A DNA stretch of 64,000 nucleotides from Escherichia coli (GTDB taxonomy: Bacteria; Pseudomonadota; Gammaproteobacteria; Enterobacterales; Enterobacteriaceae). The notes beneath the pieces were generated by a model that saw only the letters and a program-made list of their open reading frames with translations, was not told the DNA's origin and made no database searches. Below are positions 7,448 through 14,016 of the stretch, piece after piece; within the stretch, counting starts at the first letter, position 1; each line of letters starts with the position of its first letter. Location: NCBI RefSeq assembly GCF_044324785.1, contig NZ_CP172127.1, one strand, 5' to 3'. Position numbers and translations under genes: made by a program.

Positions 7448-8371
7448 TTATTGGTTTCTGAGGAAAGCGATTCTTGAAAGGGTCATTTGCGTCTGGCAGT
7501 CGACCATTTTCTTGACTTCAGCATCTGTTCCCTGCATTGAAACTTTACCGCACATAGCATCCTTAGTTTTGATCCACTGACGCTGAGAAGGCAGCAAATC
7601 TTTTTTCTTCGCCGGGGTTAACTTGCTCCAGACGGTACTCAAATCAGAGTCGGCATTCGCAAATGCCATTCGGGACTGATCAAGGCTGTCAGCTTTTTGT
7701 GGCTGAAGTTGTGCCTGTCTCTCTATTTGCTTCTCCGCCTCATACTTAGCCTGTTCCTGCGCCCTGAGTTGCACCTGTTGTTCCGCTTCAATTTGGCTCT
7801 GTTGGGCATCCTTAGCCTGCTGGATTTTCTGCTGCTCAACGATCGGGTTGATAATAGAAAGTGATGTCAGTAAAGCGGCGCCCACTGATATCGGATTATC
7901 AGAAGAGGTTTTTACAAAAACGTTTTTCTGATCGTCGGTCGCCTGCACGGTGTAGGTGATACGTTTGGAAAAGGCGTTTGCGTTGTTCTCCAAAAACAGG
8001 CTTTCCATTTGCTTGTCGAGATTACGATTAAAATTCTTTCTGTAATCATCAGAAAGCTGGACGTATTCGTTCGCAGGTAGAGTCATCGTCACGGTCCCTT
8101 CACAAGTTTTCATTGTGCTGCCCGTGTCACTTGATGTTGTGGAGATTTCAGAGATGGCTAGTTTGATCTTGTCCAATGTGCTTCGTTTGGTCTGATTAGT
8201 GACATCAGGGTATTTATCGACCTGTTCAGAGAGTCCTTCATAAGCAGATTTTTTTAATAAATCCATAAGCGCTGACTGGGTTATTTCCGAAGAACAACCG
8301 ATCACATCTTTTTTGTTATCACAGCCTGTAAGGGCAATGGCGAGTAAGAGTACTGAGTATTTTAATCTCAT
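7448..8371 (-). CDS. Lipoprotein with Q-rich coiled-coil and C-terminal DUF1311/LprI-like domain
   Basis: Signal peptide plus lipobox LLLAIALTGC. Central EQQKIQQAKDAQQSQIEAEQQVQLRAQEQAKYEAEKQIERQAQ. C-terminal QRQWIKTKDAMCG...VDCQTQMTLSRIAFL resembles DUF1311. Opposite strand to the phage early genes. Confidence 0.75.
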   Translation of the reverse strand: MRLKYSVLLLAIALTGCDNKKDVIGCSSEITQSALMDLLKKSAYEGLSEQVDKYPDVTNQTKRSTLDKIKLAISEISTTSSDTGSTMKTCEGTVTMTLPANEYVQLSDDYRKNFNRNLDKQMESLFLENNANAFSKRITYTVQATDDQKNVFVKTSSDNPISVGAALLTSLSIINPIVEQQKIQQAKDAQQSQIEAEQQVQLRAQEQAKYEAEKQIERQAQLQPQKADSLDQSRMAFANADSDLSTVWSKLTPAKKKDLLPSQRQWIKTKDAMCGKVSMQGTDAEVKKMVDCQTQMTLSRIAFLRNQ

Positions 8372-8996
8372 GAATTCCCTTTAGAGTAAGGATTGGTTTT
8401 TAAGACGCGGTCTGTAATCAGTTCCGAGAGCTACAGTAAACAACGCTGAGCACTGAACGCATCACAGGCAAGGTAAAGGCGATATCGGCAAAGGCTGTGA
8501 AACCTTTAATTCAACAGATGGAAACGGTATGCGCAGGATCCTGTAACGACGCTCCCAAAACCGGAAACCTGTAAGGCATGTTTTCGCTGCTGAACTTAAT
8601 ATACGAACCTGCACTATCATGAACATATTTTATATCGTTATACCCCGAGTGATTGTGCCCGGCAATGGATAGTGTCCTGGAGGAACTATTTCTACTGTAA
8701 AAGGTAGACATTTAATTTCAGTGTGGAATTATTCCCTGCTGTTAATAACCATGGCTCTATATGGCACCGAGCGGACTAGTTAACTTGCCTGAAAGCCGCT
8801 ATGAGTGAGGAGCGAATATTGGCACGAGAGGATACCTGAACCATTTTTTGGACATGCGCTAAAAGCGAATGATTAGTTTTATCGGAATATTTACAGTATA
8901 CTTACAAGGCAAGCTTGGCGTGCCGTCTTGGGCGAGATTGCTTAAATTATTTTGTGGATATATCATTCAAACAAAAGATAATAAAATGAGGTTGTT

Positions 8997-9194
8997 ATGT
9001 CATATATTCGCGTAGAGAAAGATGGCCTTCAGTATGAAGCAGAATACTTCCGTAAAGAGGATATGGTCACAGTCTTTGGGGTTAGAGGAGGGCATTCCAG
9101 CGTGGTTCTAAATGGAATGACAGAAGTCGCGGCTGCTCGTACTGCGTTACGAAATCTTATTAGAGAAAATCAGGTTGATCCTCTAACTGATTAA
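8997..9194 (+). CDS. Hypothetical small protein (65 aa)
   Basis: ORF in AT-rich DNA with GAGG 7 nt upstream of the ATG. Confidence 0.45.
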   Translation: MSYIRVEKDGLQYEAEYFRKEDMVTVFGVRGGHSSVVLNGMTEVAAARTALRNLIRENQVDPLTD

Positions 9195-9398
9195 AAATAA
9201 GCCATCTTAACTGAGAGCATATTTTGATATAATTTAGATTAAATCTATTTTGAAGGTTAGTTTGGGATGAGAAGATTACATCAAAACCGTTATTACTAGC
9301 AATAAGTTGTGTAAATCAAATAATACATAATCATGTGGTAACATATACTAAGCGTAGTAAAGTTTTTATATATTCCTGTAACTTTGTGAGAAACTTCC

Positions 9399-10064
9399 AT
9401 GAAAGCCGACAACTTAAGAATTATAGAGAATGGCAAATATGTTTTCGATATGTTCTTGGATACTGGTGAATTTTACTATACAAGTCATGCCTTTGACACG
9501 AGAGAAGATGCAAAAAGCTGGATGGAAGAATGGCAGATTTGGGCAAATAATGTATCGAGTGGGAAAGTAAGTAGTATTTATTATATTTTACAAGTGCCTG
9601 ATACTTGGGCCGGTTCTTCAGATAAAAATAACCCTTACTCGGGACTTTATGTGAAAATAGGGCGTTCCAATAATGTGCTAAAAAGGTTGTCTAACCTGCA
9701 GACAGGTGCATTTGGTCAATTAATATTACACGCTTTGGAACCTGGTGGTTCAGAAAAAGAAAACTATCTTCATGAAAAATTTAGCAACGAAAGACGTCAA
9801 GGTGAATGGTTTGTTTGTACTAAGGAACTTACCAAGCATATATTTACAACATGGTTTAAAAACAAAATGCTCCCACCAGAACATCAAATAAAAATAATGC
9901 AGCTCGCAGAAAGAATAGGTATTTATTCGCATGTTCATACACTAATGGGGGGGAAGCCAGACTTAGTAAACCCATCTATTAGTGAACCTTGGGAATGCGA
10001 AAAATATGTTTTGGTTGATATGATTTATAGCTCTTTAGCAAAGCAAGTTAATCATAAAAAATAA
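9399..10064 (+). CDS. T5orf172 (GIY-YIG-superfamily) domain protein with YegP/DUF1508-like N-terminus
   Basis: Core YVKIGRSNNVLKRLSNLQTGAFGQLILHALEP...ENYLHEKFSNERRQGEWF fits the T5orf172 pattern (KIG.S.N...RL..LQTG...E..LH..F...R..GEWF). The N-terminal YVFDMFLDTGEFYYTSHAFDTREDAKSWMEEW resembles YegP repeats. Confidence 0.75.
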   Translation: MKADNLRIIENGKYVFDMFLDTGEFYYTSHAFDTREDAKSWMEEWQIWANNVSSGKVSSIYYILQVPDTWAGSSDKNNPYSGLYVKIGRSNNVLKRLSNLQTGAFGQLILHALEPGGSEKENYLHEKFSNERRQGEWFVCTKELTKHIFTTWFKNKMLPPEHQIKIMQLAERIGIYSHVHTLMGGKPDLVNPSISEPWECEKYVLVDMIYSSLAKQVNHKK

Positions 10065-10384
10065 AGTGTTACATTTTAACCATACAATTATTGATTCACT
10101 AATGAAGAGGTGATTTAAACGTATGAAGTTTTAATAAGCTCCAAGAATATTTTGTCATACATGGGTTAAAGAGTTATATAATAATATCTGCTTCTGGAAT
10201 ACAGCAGACAAGCACCTGCAGATAAAGGTCTGCTGAGAGCGAGAAGCGGATCATACGTTGGAAGTTGTTTAGGCAAATACGTTATAAACGTATTTGATTA
10301 AATTTACTTGGATCATAGTCTTCAATAACGCTTTATTATATTGTTTTTCATGCAGCAAACAGGTTTACAGGTAGGTAATAAGCT

Positions 10385-10789
10385 ATGAGTGGATGGAAAG
10401 AGTCTTTTACATTAGCAGAACAGATACAATTAGCATTAAATTTAGGTTATGAGGCTGTACCAGATGAAGAGGCATATACTGGGGCATACTTCATTAAAGG
10501 TGGTAAGAAGTGGATCTTTAACATCATCGGTCTCAAAAAGACATTGAATATATCTTCAGATGATGAACTAAGAGGGCAGGATTATGATGTTGATATGTAT
10601 TTCGAAATTCGCCAAAATTGGGCACAATACCAAGATATGATCTTTGGAAGCGAAGATATCACTCCTTCACCTAAAAATGAACTTACTTCAATTTACCATG
10701 ACCTGCAGGTAACGGATGAACCCAGGGAAATGGTGTATCTTTCTGATGGGATGTGGCTGGATCCCAACGGACGAATTGTACAACGATAG
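10385..10789 (+). CDS. Hypothetical acidic protein (134 aa)
   Basis: ORF with AGGTAGG upstream. D/E-rich. No recognisable motif. Confidence 0.5.
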   Translation: MSGWKESFTLAEQIQLALNLGYEAVPDEEAYTGAYFIKGGKKWIFNIIGLKKTLNISSDDELRGQDYDVDMYFEIRQNWAQYQDMIFGSEDITPSPKNELTSIYHDLQVTDEPREMVYLSDGMWLDPNGRIVQR

Positions 10790-10898
10790 CACTCGAACAC
10801 ACTCAGTAATCGTCTATAAGGCCAGCACTTGTTACTTGGTCATTTGGGGTTGCTGGTCTTCTCCATTAAATCGACTAAAGTCTGTTCCATAGAGAGAG

Positions 10899-11504
10899 TT
10901 ACTTGCGTTTAAAAAGGTATTTTGTCACGACCAGCACGAGGCCGAATACCTCTGTCAAAGTACCGCCCATGTACAACTGGAGCGTTAAGTCTTTAAATAC
11001 AAGCCATTCAGCACCAGTGGCAAAAAATACACCATTCATTATCAAAAGCTGGCAAGCAAGGATAATAAGGAACCATTTGCCATAGCGTTTTTTTAGATCG
11101 ATTTCAGCTTCAAAATCTTTGTTGTTGAGTTGTTTGCGCTCATGCTCAGTATCAAGTGAATTCACCTGTTTCACAGATGTGAACTCGGTCAAGATTTTAC
11201 TCTCAGTACGGGTGACTTGTTGAGAGGGGGTAGGAATTGGAATTCTTTTGATTGACGCAGCTACAGCCATTTTGCGAGCTTCGGCAGCTCTTTTTCTGGC
11301 TATTCCGTGAATACGGGCAGACGGTTTTTTTGGAGCATGCGAAACCTTTGTCTGAGGTGAAGTTTCGTCAGGAGACTGAACCGGAGTTTCATCCTCCTCC
11401 GGCTCAACCTCTTCTGCTAACTGACGGTGTAGGTTGAGGGAATCCTTCAGTCGGCGTGCAACTTCCTGTTTGAAACGGCTGTTAAAATCGTCATCCGATG
11501 GCAT
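10899..11504 (-). CDS. Orphan membrane protein: ~140-aa charged/Pro-rich N-terminal region plus two C-terminal TM helices
   Basis: Start is 9 nt after the ImmA-like stop. Hydrophobic segments WFLIILACQLLIMNGVFFATGA and LTEVFGLVLVVTKYLF. The N-terminal part is low-complexity with a K/R patch (KKPSARIHGIARKRAAEARK). Confidence 0.7.
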   Translation of the reverse strand: MPSDDDFNSRFKQEVARRLKDSLNLHRQLAEEVEPEEDETPVQSPDETSPQTKVSHAPKKPSARIHGIARKRAAEARKMAVAASIKRIPIPTPSQQVTRTESKILTEFTSVKQVNSLDTEHERKQLNNKDFEAEIDLKKRYGKWFLIILACQLLIMNGVFFATGAEWLVFKDLTLQLYMGGTLTEVFGLVLVVTKYLFKRK

Positions 11505-11513
11505 TCTAAAGCG

Positions 11514-12002
11514 TTACCCCAACCTCAAGTTCTTTAAACGATAAGTCATCGCATCGTCAGATACGCCAAAATGATGCGCCATTATATAACTTGGTTGGCC
11601 GTCAGCGTGCAGTTTTCTGACCTCATCTACCGGCATCAGAAGTTCTGCTGCGAACTTGTTCGCAAAAATTTCATCAGGATGCGTTCCGGCGCTTGCGGTT
11701 TCGCCACGTAAATCAACGTACTCATATTCATCGCTATGCGATGCTTGCCGGGCGATGTAATGCCCCAACTCATGCCCACATGAAAAACGTTGACGAACTT
11801 TGTTGTCATCACTGTTTAGAAAGATCGCTGGATCTTGATCTTTTTGTTTAATCAGTGCGCCAGAAACTTTCCCAGGAAGATCGGTAATAAAAACATCTAA
11901 TCCCATGTCGTGAGCAATTTTCGCTGGATCAACAGGGAAACCACGCCCGCACCAGAACGTGTCCAGCACTCGCCGGGCGTGCTCTCTTGGGTTGGTAGCC
12001 AT
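11514..12002 (-). CDS. ImmA/IrrE-family (M78, DUF955) zinc metallopeptidase
   Basis: HEXXH as SCGHELGHYI, plus the downstream family motif DEIFANKFAAELLMP. GGAGG 7 nt upstream of the ATG. Confidence 0.85.
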   Translation of the reverse strand: MATNPREHARRVLDTFWCGRGFPVDPAKIAHDMGLDVFITDLPGKVSGALIKQKDQDPAIFLNSDDNKVRQRFSCGHELGHYIARQASHSDEYEYVDLRGETASAGTHPDEIFANKFAAELLMPVDEVRKLHADGQPSYIMAHHFGVSDDAMTYRLKNLRLG

Positions 12003-12074
12003 AGCTCCTCCAGTTACTGCATTACGATTATTGGTCGAAATATAGACAACATGTTCCGTACCACATTCCTGTAA

Positions 12075-12093
12075 AAGTGCAAATTCTGCACTT
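12075..12093. promoter_or_regulatory. Perfect inverted repeat AAGTGCA-aattc-TGCACTT upstream of the ImmA-like operon
   Basis: 7-bp arms with a 5-bp spacer, ~75 bp upstream of the ImmA-like start. A related site lies at 12929-12947. Confidence 0.45.
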
Positions 12094-12435
12094 CTGGTAC
12101 GATATTAACTGTTAGTAGTAAAGTCTTCCAGATAAATCACTTTAAAATCGTGTGAATTGCTTGCTTTTTACGCTGCATTGTGGATGGCTCAATGTTTCCA
12201 GTAAAAACATACATGATAATCATGACATTAGTGGTTTTTTAGGCGTCCATCTGTTTCTTAAAAAAATGGATGCCACAAGCGCCCGGATGAGAACAGGAAG
12301 GGAAGGCTATTACATGTGTGATTTATTACATCTGTAAAAAAATACAGATCTAACCTGATCTTTTCATTGAAGTTTTTCTTGGTCCTGGATAGGATCTGGA
12401 GGTTGCGAAGATTTTAGAGTCGCATCAAAGGGAAA

Positions 12436-12461
12436 GCCCTGACAGCGCCAACTGTCAGGGC
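12436..12461 (-). terminator. 10-bp GC-rich hairpin, terminator-like on the minus strand
   Basis: gccctgacag-cgccaa-ctgtcagggc. On the minus strand it is followed by tttcccttt. Confidence 0.4.
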
Positions 12462-12537
12462 CATACAAAAACATCGGTTAATGCTTTCGTTGAGATCTCG
12501 GTTTGGGAGATTACCTCAACCGGGATCCCGTGTAAAG

Positions 12538-12572
12538 CATTCATTGCCGAAAATGATATAGGTCAATGAATG
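12538..12572 (+). promoter_or_regulatory. 9-bp inverted repeat whose right arm contains the start codon of the 92-aa gene
   Basis: cattcattg (12538-12546) and caatgaatg (12564-12572) with a 17-nt spacer. The ATG is at 12570. Confidence 0.4.
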
Positions 12573-12848
12573 AAACACATCTGTAAAAAGTCACATCGTC
12601 ACGACAGTATGTTTGATGTTCTTTCCGCAAATCAGGGGAACGTTGGGCGGCACAAATGTTGTGGATGTGCCTATGATAAAGGTATGTGGCACGCATTAAT
12701 TGGCGTTCCACGTGCGGTTGATGACTCTGTTTTAGGTGATTTGCCCGAAAGCCAGGCCGGGCATGTACGTCATAAAGATGCTTTTGAAGCATATAACATG
12801 GGATATGACCATGGGATGCATAAAAAAGCCTACGGCATGGCCTCATAA
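12570..12848 (+). CDS. Cys/His-rich small protein (92 aa), putative metal-binding
   Basis: ORF followed by a strong intrinsic terminator. Sequence contains GRHKCCGCAYDKG and many His. No family recognised. Confidence 0.6.
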   Translation: MKHICKKSHRHDSMFDVLSANQGNVGRHKCCGCAYDKGMWHALIGVPRAVDDSVLGDLPESQAGHVRHKDAFEAYNMGYDHGMHKKAYGMAS

Positions 12849-12868
12849 CCAGGTGTAACTTATTAACT

Positions 12869-12896
12869 AACCCGCTTCGGCGGGTTTTCTTTTTTA
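12869..12896 (+). terminator. Intrinsic terminator
   Basis: aacccgc-ttcg-gcgggtt followed by ttctttttt. Confidence 0.8.
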
Positions 12897-12928
12897 TAGA
12901 ACCCTGCGATGTGAAAACGAATAATAAA

Positions 12929-12947
12929 TTGTGCAAATAGTGCAGTT
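12929..12947. promoter_or_regulatory. Imperfect inverted repeat TTGTGCA-aatag-TGCAGTT, related to the 12075-12093 site
   Basis: Shares GTGCAAAT..TGCA.TT with site 12075-12093 (15 of 19 positions). ~20 bp upstream of ATG 12967. Confidence 0.4.
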
Positions 12948-12966
12948 TTTATTATTCGAGGTAATT

Positions 12967-13608
12967 ATGAAAACCTTCTATGAGGGCTGGCCTGAAACTT
13001 TCGTTAGCCGGTTAGATATGTTACGGGCGTTGGATGATCGCGGTTCGACCCGGAGGCTCTATCTTGAGCGGACCGGAGCAATATTTGGCGCTCTGGCAGA
13101 AGAGATACGTACAGCCGTTGCCGGGCATCCTGAAACTGACGCGAGTGAACTTGATATCGGGCCGCTATATCGCTATTACAAACGTGGAGAAAAGGGGGAT
13201 CCGCTGGCTGACTTACTTATTAAATTGGCTCCACCAACCTGTGAACGGGTTCGTATATCTCCTGAAGTGTACACAATCCCGTATCTGTTTTTTGCACTGT
13301 TGATAGCGCAAGGCGCTGACAACGATGCCCGAGATTTTTTCAATATGATGATGCGACCGTTGATCATCGCCTACCGCTTCAAACAACTGGCGCGCTACCT
13401 TGGCACGAAGGGCGGAGGACGACCACAGCACAGATTAAAAAGTGAAGCCATTGAACTGGCTGATCGTTTTTTTACTGAAAACCCGACTGCGCCATTATCG
13501 CGTGGTGTGCAATACATATCCGGTATTTTTGTGGCGAAATACTCCGATCCACCTGCAGCCTCGACGATTAGAAAATGGTTAATTTCAATTTACAGGAGTG
13601 ATAAATAA
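12967..13608 (+). CDS. Hypothetical protein (213 aa)
   Basis: ORF with GAGG upstream of ATG 12967 (the track ORF opens at GTG 12931). No recognisable motif. Confidence 0.55.
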   Translation: MKTFYEGWPETFVSRLDMLRALDDRGSTRRLYLERTGAIFGALAEEIRTAVAGHPETDASELDIGPLYRYYKRGEKGDPLADLLIKLAPPTCERVRISPEVYTIPYLFFALLIAQGADNDARDFFNMMMRPLIIAYRFKQLARYLGTKGGGRPQHRLKSEAIELADRFFTENPTAPLSRGVQYISGIFVAKYSDPPAASTIRKWLISIYRSDK

Positions 13609-13719
13609 TGACCATAAACGGTTTAATCCCCTATAAAACCGTTTAATAAAATTCACGACGTGAATATAATTGTTCATTATTCCCTCATTGTATCTGGCGT
13701 TATGACAAATGCCATAAAA

Positions 13720-13739
13720 TACTGTATAAATGTACAGGC
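13720..13739. promoter_or_regulatory. LexA (SOS) box
   Basis: TACTGTATAAATGTACAGGC versus consensus TACTGT(AT)4ACAGTA, with CTGT-N8-ACAG intact. Overlaps a candidate -10 TATAAA (13725-13730) placed 17 nt after ATGACA (13702-13707). Confidence 0.75.
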
Positions 13740-13759
13740 GGTGGCGTTAGGGGGAAGAC

Positions 13760-13939
13760 ATGAATATTCAAGAATCTATAGGCGAACTACCGGAAACATG
13801 CCGGGCTGTTATCAAGCGTAAGGACGGACACATCGTTGGTGTGCGTGTTCTGACTGATGATGAACGGATTGCCAGCCTGATGGCGTTTCTCGAGTTGGCA
13901 GAAATAGCTGGATATACTATTACACCCCCTGACGCGTAA
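13760..13939 (+). CDS. Small protein (59 aa) under the LexA box; candidate SOS-controlled antirepressor
   Basis: ATG 13760 preceded by GGGGGAAG. MNIQESIGELPETCRAVIKRKDGHIVGVRVLTDDERIASLMAFLELAEIAGYTITPPDA. Below the 60-aa cutoff of the ORF track. Confidence 0.6.
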   Translation: MNIQESIGELPETCRAVIKRKDGHIVGVRVLTDDERIASLMAFLELAEIAGYTITPPDA

Positions 13940-14016
13940 AACACGGTATAATATCGGTGCTGGATTGAACACCCGGCACCATTTTCTGAACACTGCCGCG
14001 CCACCTGGAGTTAACC

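Noticed and set aside
8511-8711. 66-aa minus-strand ORF containing a GHNHSG string (a metallophosphoesterase-like motif?)
   Set aside because: No SD sequence, a stop codon immediately upstream of the ATG, and only a four-residue resemblance. At most it is a gene fragment and cannot be supported.
12152-12337. 61-aa plus-strand ORF in the long spacer upstream of the ImmA operon
   Set aside because: No RBS, odd composition, and it is crossed by several hairpins. The region is better treated as regulatory or non-coding.
12541-12936. 131-aa minus-strand ORF
   Set aside because: Fully antisense to the 92-aa gene, which has its own start context and a strong plus-strand terminator. It would read through that terminator hairpin. 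The composition is implausible.
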